From positions 1-30,300 of the IMG/VR virus record IMGVR_UViG_3300015259_000009: 30,300 nt of DNA; one strand, written 5' to 3'. The DNA comes from a virus. Its lineage: Duplodnaviria > Caudoviricetes. The translations under genes and the position numbers were made by a program. Under the pieces are notes generated by a model. That model made no database searches. It was not told where the DNA came from and worked only from the letters and a program-made list of their open reading frames with translations. Below, in pieces: positions 14,730 through 23,667 of this stretch (its first letter is position 1; each line of letters starts with the position of its first letter).

Positions 14730-17708
14730 TTAGCTCTCCGTGACTTCGCGGGCAGGCTTACCCGCACCTGAGAGATTTGCAGTCATGCTTTCCACAGCCC
14801 ACCTAGAGGCACCCGTATGTGAAAGCCCGATTTGTACCGCGTATCCACTGACTCGATTTCGTGCGGCCCTGTTTCTGCCAGCGTGAGAGAGCAATCGACG
14901 AACCCTAGGATTGGCTAGCATAGCACATTCCTCTGCGGATTGTCCGCTGAAAATCTCAAGATTTACTGGCCCACTACCACCGGCTAGAACGGGCAGAATT
15001 TCATTCAGCAAAACCTCTACGGCATGGCTCTCTGCGATGAAGGGAGCATAGCGAACCGAGCTTGCGATAGCCACGCCGTCATCATCTGCGGCCTCCTCAT
15101 CAATCATGCGGATATAGCTATCGTAGCAACCCATCAGAAATTCTTGATCGCTCGCGGCGGTGCCGTCATAGGCAAGCATACACGTCGGACCATACGCGGC
15201 AGGCCACGAATCCGACCACCATGCGTCGTTCCGCCGCTCCCAGAAGAACGACGTGTTCGCCACAGCCGGATTTATAGGAACGATTTGCACCATCAAGCCT
15301 TCGCGGATGTAGTCCCATTCCAGATATACCCTATTCTCATCCAGATTGACGCCTTGGAATCGAACATCGATCCGTCCCTTTGTTAAGCTCTCGGGCTTGC
15401 CGCCAAGGTTAAACTTGTAGATCCCATCAGTACCCATGAAATACAGAGTGCCATTCGGATCTTTGGTCCACGCCTTGCCGAAAGCGATGCCGGTCTTATC
15501 AGAGACGAGATCCACTGCTCCGCCTGCGGCGGGATCTCCCGTCATCTGCCAGATCGTATGATCGCCACCAAAGAGGAGAGCGTCGTCAGAGAAAGGGATC
15601 AGGGCAGTAATTATATCCCCGATTAGACCGACTTCGGAGTTATTACCCGCCACTGCCTTAATCGGATCATTAGCAGGAAGAGAGCCGTAGTCAAAATCGA
15701 ACGGATGCCCGACCCTAGACATGAACCAGTTATGAGGGTCGGATACGACACCAGAAAGTACCAGTCTGCCTCGGTACAAGCAGATTAGACGGGCACCCTG
15801 CTGAAGCGTGCCAGCCGTAGCAATCCAGTCCGTAATCGCATCGGTCTCGAAATTATACACCCTAGATCGCGTTCCATCGATCATAAAAACCTGATTGTAT
15901 GCAGGCTGAAACTGGATTACGTGCAGAGCCGACGACATGGCGTTGGCTCCGTTTGTGATGGTCAGAGCCGTGCCATTTCGCAGCCGAGAGATCGTCCCGC
16001 CCGAGGCTACAATCAGGGTACTCTCAGACGTGGGAGATGCTACCGCGAAATTAGCGTCCGGCCGCAATCGCCACCGAAGGATCTTGATGCCCGTGTCCGT
16101 GGTTGAGTCGCTGTGTTTCGGAGCGAGTCCGAATTGTGGATTTCCATTGAAAGTGGAGATGGTGTGAGCGACGATTAAGTGACCATCAATTGAAAGAGTG
16201 ATAGCCGTACCCGTGTCACTTATTCTAAAAACGGATTCTGAAGCAGACGTGTTTAGAGACAGGTTTGCAGTAGCCAACTGTGTTTGGACACCGTTAGTTA
16301 TGCTCCTGATGATCCAAGTGGCAAAGGCTTTCTGGTTAGACGTGCCCGACGTTACTGTACTCGGGCTAATGGACATATCGAATTCGATACCATTTGCAAA
16401 CGTAGCATCCACTCTCATCCAAGCCTTGACGCCGTTAGGTCCGGAACTTACGCCACGCTTCAGAGAAAAATCTACGTCAAAAGGTCCATCAGCAGCACTG
16501 GTACGAAAAAATCCAACGGCGGCTTCAGGAGTAGTATCTCCTCCCTTGAAGGATGCCGTGTCTGTAAACACAGACGACAATGGGTTTGGGTTCGTGTTGC
16601 TATCGTATGGGCCTACTTGAGAAGCCAGCACCCCGGCGGTTGTCCGACGAGCGGAAGTAAAACCTGATGGGATGAAATAGTCAAGAGTCCCGGCCTCGTT
16701 GTGCGAGATACTGTAACGGACGGCGGGCAGGACAGTGGTGATCGTGGAAAGCTGGATGTTCGTCACAATCCGCTTATTTACGGCATTCGCCCAGATCGCA
16801 TCTAGCCCAAATAACCCCACACCAGACCGGGTATCCCCTGCACTCAAGGCCGTGGTAACGGACAGGGTTTCATCCAGATTACTGCCGGATGCTCCGCCTC
16901 CCGCCCATTGAAGACGAGCAGTAAGTACATTACCTGATTCTGATAGAGACAGAATCATGTCGTTCTGTTCGACGGCTCCACCGTTCAGTGTAAGCGTCGG
17001 CCCCTCTGCCAAAATTACCGCGTTAGCAGTGAAGTTTACCTTTCTAAAAATCTGAAGTTTAACCGTAGTGTCAGTTGTGGCCCGAACGAGTCGAGCCCCG
17101 ATAAAGGTCAAGGTGTTGACGTTGCCTCGAATGAAAGGCCCCATACACTGACAGCTACTATTAGCAGTGCCAAAATCGCCACCATGATTGAAATTAGTGA
17201 CGGTGGCCTGCGGGGCAGCGAGAAAAGTGGCCGTAACACTGTTGGTGGTGGGTAAACGAGCCACCAGCAACCAGTATCGCATAGTGGTTCCGGCTCCGCC
17301 GAGGGAGAACCCGCTAGCGTGAATACCGATCCCGTTGCATGGATCATCCCCTCCGCCGCCTGCCCCGGTGCCCGCCCCGGATTCGGCGTTATGAGAGACC
17401 CAATTAGAGCCGAGGTCTGTGGGAGTGCCCACCACGCGATCGGCAGCCGAATCGCTGATACCCGCTGTGATAGTTGAGGCCACGCTCCTAACGGCTTTAG
17501 CCATCGCCTGAATAGGGTTTGAGCCGTTAATCTGATTAGGGAAAAACTTACTCAGACCCGCCCGGCGTCCGCCCCGCAGACGGTTTAGGAGGCAATCGAA
17601 ACCCCGCACGTTGGAGCCGTGCGACGTGGTTCCGGGCGGTTGAATGTCATAGCCCACGCTTTCGCTAAGGCCACGCACAGGGAACACTAGATTTTGAGAC
17701 TGACCCAT
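14730..17708 (-). CDS. Tail nozzle (tail tubular protein B / P22 gp10-like beta-propeller) with large inserted beta-rich region
   Basis: N-term FPVRGLSE...NVRGFD...RLRGGRRAG. Propeller blades LYRGRLVLSG, WFMSRVGHPFDFDY, IGDIITALIPFSDDALLFGG, LYFMGTDGIY. C-term VQIGLSHTGASRWAVE. Position after the adaptor. Confidence 0.82.
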   Translation of the reverse strand: MGQSQNLVFPVRGLSESVGYDIQPPGTTSHGSNVRGFDCLLNRLRGGRRAGLSKFFPNQINGSNPIQAMAKAVRSVASTITAGISDSAADRVVGTPTDLGSNWVSHNAESGAGTGAGGGGDDPCNGIGIHASGFSLGGAGTTMRYWLLVARLPTTNSVTATFLAAPQATVTNFNHGGDFGTANSSCQCMGPFIRGNVNTLTFIGARLVRATTDTTVKLQIFRKVNFTANAVILAEGPTLTLNGGAVEQNDMILSLSESGNVLTARLQWAGGGASGSNLDETLSVTTALSAGDTRSGVGLFGLDAIWANAVNKRIVTNIQLSTITTVLPAVRYSISHNEAGTLDYFIPSGFTSARRTTAGVLASQVGPYDSNTNPNPLSSVFTDTASFKGGDTTPEAAVGFFRTSAADGPFDVDFSLKRGVSSGPNGVKAWMRVDATFANGIEFDMSISPSTVTSGTSNQKAFATWIIRSITNGVQTQLATANLSLNTSASESVFRISDTGTAITLSIDGHLIVAHTISTFNGNPQFGLAPKHSDSTTDTGIKILRWRLRPDANFAVASPTSESTLIVASGGTISRLRNGTALTITNGANAMSSALHVIQFQPAYNQVFMIDGTRSRVYNFETDAITDWIATAGTLQQGARLICLYRGRLVLSGVVSDPHNWFMSRVGHPFDFDYGSLPANDPIKAVAGNNSEVGLIGDIITALIPFSDDALLFGGDHTIWQMTGDPAAGGAVDLVSDKTGIAFGKAWTKDPNGTLYFMGTDGIYKFNLGGKPESLTKGRIDVRFQGVNLDENRVYLEWDYIREGLMVQIVPINPAVANTSFFWERRNDAWWSDSWPAAYGPTCMLAYDGTAASDQEFLMGCYDSYIRMIDEEAADDDGVAIASSVRYAPFIAESHAVEVLLNEILPVLAGGSGPVNLEIFSGQSAEECAMLANPRVRRLLSHAGRNRAARNRVSGYAVQIGLSHTGASRWAVESMTANLSGAGKPAREVTES

Positions 17709-17729
17709 ATCTAAGCTCCCGAAGACTGA

Positions 17730-18953
17730 TTAGCGAAGGGCAACCTGAGCGGCGTCGTACTGATTGTAGGAGACCAGTGTAGAGTGATAGGCGACCCCGA
17801 CAGCCAGCAACTCGATCTCATCGACCGGGTGAGCCTCGGATGTGAGCGTAAACTGGACTTGCTGATCCCGGGTCAATCCCTGACCCTTGAAGAAAATCTC
17901 GATGATGCGTGCCGTGGCACTCAGATCATCGGATGGAGAACCAGAATCCGCGACCATAGCGACCGCAGCCCCTCCAACCGGCCTACGCGAGCCGGAAGCC
18001 GAGAGGGTCGGCGTGTCGGTGGATCCGGTCATTTTCGCAGCGATGCGAAGAACGATGATATCCGTCGCCTCGTCGTAATCACGAGGCACCATCCAACCAA
18101 CGGTCGCAACGGCCGATCCGCCGCCACCGCCGGACTGCGAAGCTCCGGTAACGGTGCCCACGTTGGCGTCCAACGTGATCGCTCCGGTACGAGCCAGAAG
18201 TCTGCCGACGAAGGTAGCCGCAGTCACCAGCGTAATGCTAGCCTGTGCAAGAATGTTGCCTTGGAAATCCGTGGTACTGCCGAGAGTAGCAGAGCTACCA
18301 ACCTGCCAAATGACATTACCCGCACTTGCACTGTTAATCAGATCAACGACTGAAGCACTTGCGGTCGTGAGTGTACTGCCGATCTGAAACACCCAGCTAG
18401 CGTTCGGATCACCGCCGCCGTCAAGCGTGAGCGTTCCCGTCAATTGGGCAGATGAGGAGAAGGAATACACACCCGGCCCGAGAACGAGCCCGCCAAGATC
18501 AATCCCCGTCAAATCCTGTGTAGGCTCCAACGCCTGTGCCTGAAGATACGCAGCAGTAAGGGCGACCTGAGCCGCAGCCGCAGTACCGTTGGCAACATGC
18601 TGCGTACCGCTCACAGTACCCGGGGGGAAACCAACGACAGAGGAACCCGGGCTGAGACCCAGATCCCCAGTAAGCACGGTTGCCCCCGTACTCTCAATCG
18701 TGGATGAGGCCAGAACAACGAAGTTTCCGAGAGCCGCAAGAGAGACAAAGGTATCTTCCACGGTCACAGCCGGGAAACCCCCTTCGTCCAGTCCAAACGT
18801 AGCACCAGCAGCGAGAGGAAGGCTGTCCAACAGCTTCCAGTCATCCACCAGAAATCCTGAGTCAAGCACAGACTCACCATGAGGGGACGTTCGACCGCCC
18901 CCCATAACCGTGTGCTTCACATGCGTCAAAAAATTGTCGGGACCAAAAAGCAT
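17730..18953 (-). CDS. Virion structural protein carrying an inserted DUF3494 (IBP-1) ice-binding domain
   Basis: aa ~69-267 match DUF3494: FVVLASSTI, TGDLGLSPGSSVVGFPPG, AQVALTAAY, LGGLVLGPGVY, LTLDGGGDPNASWVFQIGSTLTT, NVIWQVGSSATLG, FQGNILAQASITL, GRLLARTGAITLD. No signal peptide; AGGAG SD; lies between adaptor and nozzle genes. Confidence 0.9.
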   Translation of the reverse strand: MLFGPDNFLTHVKHTVMGGGRTSPHGESVLDSGFLVDDWKLLDSLPLAAGATFGLDEGGFPAVTVEDTFVSLAALGNFVVLASSTIESTGATVLTGDLGLSPGSSVVGFPPGTVSGTQHVANGTAAAAQVALTAAYLQAQALEPTQDLTGIDLGGLVLGPGVYSFSSSAQLTGTLTLDGGGDPNASWVFQIGSTLTTASASVVDLINSASAGNVIWQVGSSATLGSTTDFQGNILAQASITLVTAATFVGRLLARTGAITLDANVGTVTGASQSGGGGGSAVATVGWMVPRDYDEATDIIVLRIAAKMTGSTDTPTLSASGSRRPVGGAAVAMVADSGSPSDDLSATARIIEIFFKGQGLTRDQQVQFTLTSEAHPVDEIELLAVGVAYHSTLVSYNQYDAAQVALR

Positions 18954-18969
18954 TGCTCATCTCCTATTT

Positions 18970-20019
18970 CTACGGGTTGTAAATCACATTGGGTCGTACG
19001 TACATGAAATCACGGAAATTGCGGATATTCCAGCCATACCAGCCGTGCCGAGGACCGTTGCCGAAATACCCTAATTTCCGTGGACCAGACCGACTATCCA
19101 CCCTAATGCTGTTGTCTAAGCATTTGACGTAGTACGCCATATCTGGCCCAGAAACTTCATCTACATCTTTTTCCACTATAGCTCGACAAGCAGCCCGCAA
19201 GGATTCATCGTGCATAATCGGAGTAGGTGGTACTTCTGCACCGCTCGTAAGCTCATCAAAATGTAGGTCGTAGGGAAGTTGAATGATGAATACTTGATCG
19301 GGCGTTGGATACGCCATCAGCTTGTATCGACGCCTAGCACTGGCCGGGGGAACGCTGAATGCCGGGAGGAACACATCGATCGCCAGCAGCCGAGGAATGC
19401 TGATGGAGCTAGTGCTATTATTCTCCCGAAGTTGACGGATGGTGACTTCATGGGTCCATTCCAACATCGCTGCCCTGTTCGTCTGCGACAAAAAAGTTGG
19501 CGTACCCCCGAGGGCTCCCGCAAACGTTCGAGGTAGCGTGTAATCTCCGTTCGCCGCGATGCTGTACGTGGATGCGACAAACGTGTGGTTGCCGTAGACA
19601 TGGACTACAGTGGAAGAGATATACTGCTTAACCGTGAAGGTGCCCTGTCCCGTGACAACGATCTCTTTCTCTTCCATAGACGGGAAAAAGACGGCTGAAT
19701 TCGCCGTAACAGGGGTGTAATCATCGGCAGGAACGTGGGCACCACCGACGACTGTTTTAGCCGCGTCTACTACTATACTAGGCCACAGCGTAATATCTGC
19801 TACGGGCTTCGTCCACCGCCACCCACTCGGCGGGGCGTCAGAAATGAACATCCTGAGAGCATCGTTTACGTGCCGCTTGGCTTCTGCCAAATCATGCGTA
19901 TCAATAGGAATGCTAGCAGGTGCGTCACCATTAACCCCGTAGTACGCCACGCCCATCTTTAGAGCCACTTCCAGAATCAAGTCGTTAAACGTTAATGCGG
20001 ACGTAGCTTCGACGGACAT
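18970..20019 (-). CDS. Head-tail adaptor (tail tubular protein A-like)
   Basis: LTFNDLILEV...KRHVNDALRMF...WRW...DYTLPRTF...LMAYPTPDQVFIIQLPY pattern; first gene after the capsid block. Confidence 0.75.
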   Translation of the reverse strand: MSVEATSALTFNDLILEVALKMGVAYYGVNGDAPASIPIDTHDLAEAKRHVNDALRMFISDAPPSGWRWTKPVADITLWPSIVVDAAKTVVGGAHVPADDYTPVTANSAVFFPSMEEKEIVVTGQGTFTVKQYISSTVVHVYGNHTFVASTYSIAANGDYTLPRTFAGALGGTPTFLSQTNRAAMLEWTHEVTIRQLRENNSTSSISIPRLLAIDVFLPAFSVPPASARRRYKLMAYPTPDQVFIIQLPYDLHFDELTSGAEVPPTPIMHDESLRAACRAIVEKDVDEVSGPDMAYYVKCLDNSIRVDSRSGPRKLGYFGNGPRHGWYGWNIRNFRDFMYVRPNVIYNP

Positions 20020-20030
20020 TCGTGGCTCCT

Positions 20031-20063
20031 TAAATCAGTGGTACCCAATTAAAGGTACCACTG
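20031..20063 (-). terminator. Hairpin after the capsid/decoration genes, probable leaky terminator
   Basis: Perfect 10-bp stem CAGTGGTACC (20036-20045) / GGTACCACTG (20054-20063) with an 8-nt loop, followed on the - strand by ATTT and the AAGGAG SD of the adaptor gene. Confidence 0.65.
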
Positions 20064-20088
20064 CAATCCTCATAGAGAGGAGATGATT

Positions 20089-20928
20089 CTACCGACCATC
20101 CTCGTACGCACCACGAACCCAGTCAAACGTCATGGTTCGAGCCGCAGCCCCGCCAGTCTTGATCGCAAGCACGAAGGCCATGTTCACGTTGTCAGGAAAA
20201 GCGTTGTTGTCAGGAGAATTGGCCGGACCGATCAGGTGAGAACGCACCTTGATGCCGTCCACGAAAATCTGAATCTGATCTCGACCGTCAAATTTCAGAC
20301 CGAATTTCCGCTCCGTATTGGCGACAAGGCGGGCTGCCCCTGAACCGAGCACCGAGGAGAAGTTGGCATCCGCGAGAATATCCGTTCTCACGCCCGCGTC
20401 CAGCTTGAACACAGCATCGATATCGTCCTGATCGCCCGTGAGCAGAGCGAAACCGAGGAGAGACTCCCCGATCAGATCAGCCACGTTATCAGCGATAATA
20501 TCGCGGCTCAGGGCCGCCTCTTCGGCGAGACCGAAGAATGCCCCCTGATCGACATTCACCGCACCAAACTCCAAACGGGCCTCAAACCAGACCTTATTGC
20601 CGGAGTTGAGAACAATCTTCGCGGCAGGCTGCGTATACGCAGCAACCGCGTCGTTATCGGTAGCACCCGTCACAAGGCTCTGATAGCCGTCGAATTCACC
20701 TGCCTTGTGGGGAATCGTACTCACGTCCCCATCAAGCGTCATCTGAAAATGCCCGCCAAACGGCCCGCCGTCTGCGAACACTTCCGTTCCACCCGTGAAA
20801 TCCTCATGGAAATAGATTCCACGCCCCTCCTCGTTCAGTCGCTCACCGGGGCAATCCTTCCAAATACTGTCCGAGGGCCGGACTGCCTCCCCAGCCTGAG
20901 AGAAGCTAACCACGCTAGAAGTACCCAT
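20089..20928 (-). CDS. Putative capsid decoration / minor capsid protein (beta-sandwich)
   Basis: Immediately downstream of MCP with AGGAG SD. Beta-rich acidic sequence (FHEDF, VWFEAR, FGLKFDG, MTFDWVR) of ConA-like appearance. Confidence 0.6.
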   Translation of the reverse strand: MGTSSVVSFSQAGEAVRPSDSIWKDCPGERLNEEGRGIYFHEDFTGGTEVFADGGPFGGHFQMTLDGDVSTIPHKAGEFDGYQSLVTGATDNDAVAAYTQPAAKIVLNSGNKVWFEARLEFGAVNVDQGAFFGLAEEAALSRDIIADNVADLIGESLLGFALLTGDQDDIDAVFKLDAGVRTDILADANFSSVLGSGAARLVANTERKFGLKFDGRDQIQIFVDGIKVRSHLIGPANSPDNNAFPDNVNMAFVLAIKTGGAAARTMTFDWVRGAYEDGR

Positions 20929-20970
20929 CTATATCTCCTACAAGTCGTTTTTGCGTTTGAACAGCCGCTA

Positions 20971-22059
20971 TTAGGCGGCAGGAATGGCGAGATGAAGAGC
21001 CCAACCGGCCGTGCGACGGTTGATGCACAGATTGTTGTGGCAGGCATCAACGAACACCGTGATAACCGTATGCTGGGATTTGTCCATCATCGGCTTGCCC
21101 TCGACCATCCAGTAACCGTCCTGCACAATCGGCTGAATCTTCGACCAGTCCACGCAGTAAATGGGCTGCTCAGTCACACCGTCAAGCTGAGGAATGTAGA
21201 CGACGGGCCGACGATTGAAAAAGGTTGCCCCCTCCACATCCACCAGCACCTTGCCCGCGAGATCCTTGGGCGTATTCTGGTCATCTCGCTTATCAGCGAG
21301 ATCCATGAATTCGACTGCCCGATCAGCGTCACAGTAAATCTTCACAGTGCTGCCCGGCTGATCGTTGCCCGGGGCCTTCACCATCTGAGGCGGCTTGAAC
21401 CGAGTCAGAAGCATGGCTTTACGCATCTTCCGGAGAAGGGCATTATCCACCTTCACATACACGTCGGCATAATTCCGCCACTTCGCCTCAATCGCACCGT
21501 CCAGCCCCGCGACAACAGTGCCCGTGCTACCGTCCTGATAGCGGACCGTCTTACCGAGGAAGCCCCCGGCCGTGACGCCGTTATCGAGAAAATTCAGGTA
21601 GTACGGAATACCGTAGGGATAGAGTTTGTCGGATGCCGAAGTCGGGGTTTTCCAACCGCGATCCTCGATCAACTCGGCAAGACCCCACAGCCGCTCCATC
21701 TTTCGGCTCTCAAGCAGGTCGATGTAGCCCTTGGCGGAATTCTTATTCCGCATGATCTCAAGCACGTCCCAAGAGTAGTCCGTGCCAAGCTGAGTCCAAG
21801 GAACATCAATCTGCTTCTGGATGTTGTCCACCGAAGGCTGGTCGGTATCGAACAGCTTGCGGTAGCGAGCATTACCCTGTTCGTCCAGAACCACGTTACG
21901 CTGGATGCTGGTACCCCCGTCGACCTTTCGACGCTGGGAATTGTAGATGTTACAGAACTCGAAAGCCTGCGAATCCCACATCACTTCATACGTATCCTTC
22001 GGCAGATCCTTCAGCGTAGTTGCCACCAGATCCAGAAGGGCGTCATTGTCAACTGCCAT
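20971..22059 (-). CDS. Major capsid protein (HK97 fold)
   Basis: 362 aa; follows the scaffold; LVATTL...VDGGTSIQRNVV...IDVPW pattern of P22-like phage MCPs; GGGAG SD. Confidence 0.85.
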   Translation of the reverse strand: MAVDNDALLDLVATTLKDLPKDTYEVMWDSQAFEFCNIYNSQRRKVDGGTSIQRNVVLDEQGNARYRKLFDTDQPSVDNIQKQIDVPWTQLGTDYSWDVLEIMRNKNSAKGYIDLLESRKMERLWGLAELIEDRGWKTPTSASDKLYPYGIPYYLNFLDNGVTAGGFLGKTVRYQDGSTGTVVAGLDGAIEAKWRNYADVYVKVDNALLRKMRKAMLLTRFKPPQMVKAPGNDQPGSTVKIYCDADRAVEFMDLADKRDDQNTPKDLAGKVLVDVEGATFFNRRPVVYIPQLDGVTEQPIYCVDWSKIQPIVQDGYWMVEGKPMMDKSQHTVITVFVDACHNNLCINRRTAGWALHLAIPAA

Positions 22060-22086
22060 TTCTTGCTCCCATCAAATCCACAAGAA

Positions 22087-23217
22087 TTAAGAACCAAAGA
22101 TGCCAGCAAGGCTGCTCTTTACCCGAGCCTCAAGCTCAGGCCGGGTCGGAGCCCCGGTCTTTGTAGCCTTGCCGCCCTTGGAGGGCCGAAGCGAAACACT
22201 GTTGCCACGCTTCTCAACTTTGCTCTTAATTTCCTCGCGGACTGCTTGCGTTTTGAACCCGATGCTCACGCTATCGTGAGCCATCAACATAGCCTCATTG
22301 AAGCTCAGCTTTCTGTGCTGCATTGAAGCACCAGCCATCAAAGCATCCGCCATTTCGAGAACCTTATTCCGGCTCTCAATTTGCTCATCCGTGGCCGTCT
22401 TGCCATCCTTGCCGTACATTTTCTCGTACGACTTCAGATCCTTGCCACCGAAGAACCCGTCAATTTGACGAGCCAGATTATCCGTCTTGGATTGCTTGAT
22501 TGACTGAACCCCGGACATGAGATCAGGAAGAAGTGCATTCACTTGCTTCAAAAGCTCATTGACCGGCTCGGTGATCTGCCGGACCAGATCCTCATTACCG
22601 AATTTCTCCACCATCCCGTCAACGTCCAGAGGCTTAAACAACCCCTTTTCATCGAGATGCTTGGGCCGATCGACCGTCTTGGCGGGCTGATCCTCATTCT
22701 CCTGCTCGGGCCGCGAAGCCCGACCCATCTCCGCCCACTTCGCAAGCTCGGCGTTCCGGTTGGCGTGAATTCTCTGAGCCGTCAGCGTGAAATTCACGGG
22801 GTCGGACTTCAGGGCGGCATCAATATCCGCATCACTCCAATCGTACGCCTTCAATGAACGCCGGTAAGAATCAGGGAGGGTAGGCCCTTTACGCTTAGGC
22901 TGGGGCTGCTCCGCTTCCTCTTTCGGCTCATCTTCTGACTCATCCTCTGAGGGCTTGTTATCCCCATCGGCGGGCTCGTCATCCGGAGCAGGATCATTTG
23001 AGTCATCTGTGGGGGACTCGGCATCCGCCACAGGCTCCTCAATTTCCGGCTCTGGCTCCGAATCCCGGGTACCCGTCTCGCTGGCCCGAAGGGCGGCGAG
23101 CCCCTTCTCAACCTTAGAAACGAGCGTAGCCCGATCCACCGCCGGAGCGGGAGGAGCGGGCGAATCTGCCTCGACGGCATCACTACCCGAAGTCACGGTG
23201 CTTTCGTCAACTGCCAT
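22087..23217 (-). CDS. Capsid scaffolding protein
   Basis: Very acidic disordered N-third, helical middle and basic C-terminus; directly upstream of MCP; AAGGGAG SD supports ATG 23217. Confidence 0.8.
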   Translation of the reverse strand: MAVDESTVTSGSDAVEADSPAPPAPAVDRATLVSKVEKGLAALRASETGTRDSEPEPEIEEPVADAESPTDDSNDPAPDDEPADGDNKPSEDESEDEPKEEAEQPQPKRKGPTLPDSYRRSLKAYDWSDADIDAALKSDPVNFTLTAQRIHANRNAELAKWAEMGRASRPEQENEDQPAKTVDRPKHLDEKGLFKPLDVDGMVEKFGNEDLVRQITEPVNELLKQVNALLPDLMSGVQSIKQSKTDNLARQIDGFFGGKDLKSYEKMYGKDGKTATDEQIESRNKVLEMADALMAGASMQHRKLSFNEAMLMAHDSVSIGFKTQAVREEIKSKVEKRGNSVSLRPSKGGKATKTGAPTRPELEARVKSSLAGIFGS

Positions 23218-23231
23218 AATTACGGTCTCCC

Positions 23232-23264
23232 TTGGGGCTGCCGCGAATAGCGGGGTAGGCCCAA
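23232..23264 (-). promoter_or_regulatory. Structured 5' leader hairpin abutting the scaffold SD
   Basis: - strand TTGGGCCTACCCCGCTATTCGCGGCAGCCCCAA: outer TTGGG/CCCAA and inner CCGC/GCGG stems; the SD begins at the stem base. Confidence 0.5.
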
Positions 23265-23274
23265 CGAGCATCTA

Positions 23275-23302
23275 AGTATACCTCACATCCACAAGAATGC
23301 AA
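23275..23302 (-). promoter_or_regulatory. Sigma70-like promoter upstream of the scaffold-capsid genes
   Basis: - strand TTGCAT-N16-TATACT in the longest intergenic gap of the virion arm. Confidence 0.65.
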
Positions 23303-23309
23303 GGAAACT

Positions 23310-23657
23310 TCAGTTTGTTTCCACGAATCCTTCGGCCTTCAGAATCCGGAGCTTCTCAGAACGCGAGGTAGCGATAGGGACACCGAAATTCCTGTCTCGC
23401 CTATCGCCGGAGATTTCAACTCCGGGATTTCGCTTGCGAAACTCATCAATCTCATCTTCGTTATCCAAGGCAATTGAGAGCATCTCAATAGGCTTGGTTC
23501 CGCTTCCTTCGCCGTACTTGGTTCTCACATTCGGCCTCTGAATGGTCTTTTCACACGGACGCCCATCCTTCATAGTTAAAGCATCTGCGTGTATAGACTG
23601 AACCTCCGTGAAGGCCCCGCCCGGCTCATCAATGAAGCGATAGTCATACAGAGGCAT
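23310..23657 (-). CDS. FmdB-family-like small protein lacking the Zn-ribbon cysteines
   Basis: MPLYDY...FTEVQSIHADALT matches the FmdB start pattern but has no CxxC pairs; GAGGAG SD. Confidence 0.65.
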   Translation of the reverse strand: MPLYDYRFIDEPGGAFTEVQSIHADALTMKDGRPCEKTIQRPNVRTKYGEGSGTKPIEMLSIALDNEDEIDEFRKRNPGVEISGDRRDRNFGVPIATSRSEKLRILKAEGFVETN

Positions 23658-23667
23658 GGGTTTCTCC

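Noticed and set aside
20929-20973. Possible MCP read-through into the in-frame decoration gene (T7 10B-like)
   Set aside because: Although in frame, the spacer has TAA TAG plus two further TAG stops.
20707-22326. 539-aa + strand ORF antisense to the major capsid gene
   Set aside because: Codon-aligned with the MCP frame, so it stays open simply because MCP avoids TTA/CTA/TCA. No motif or SD seen; a shadow ORF.
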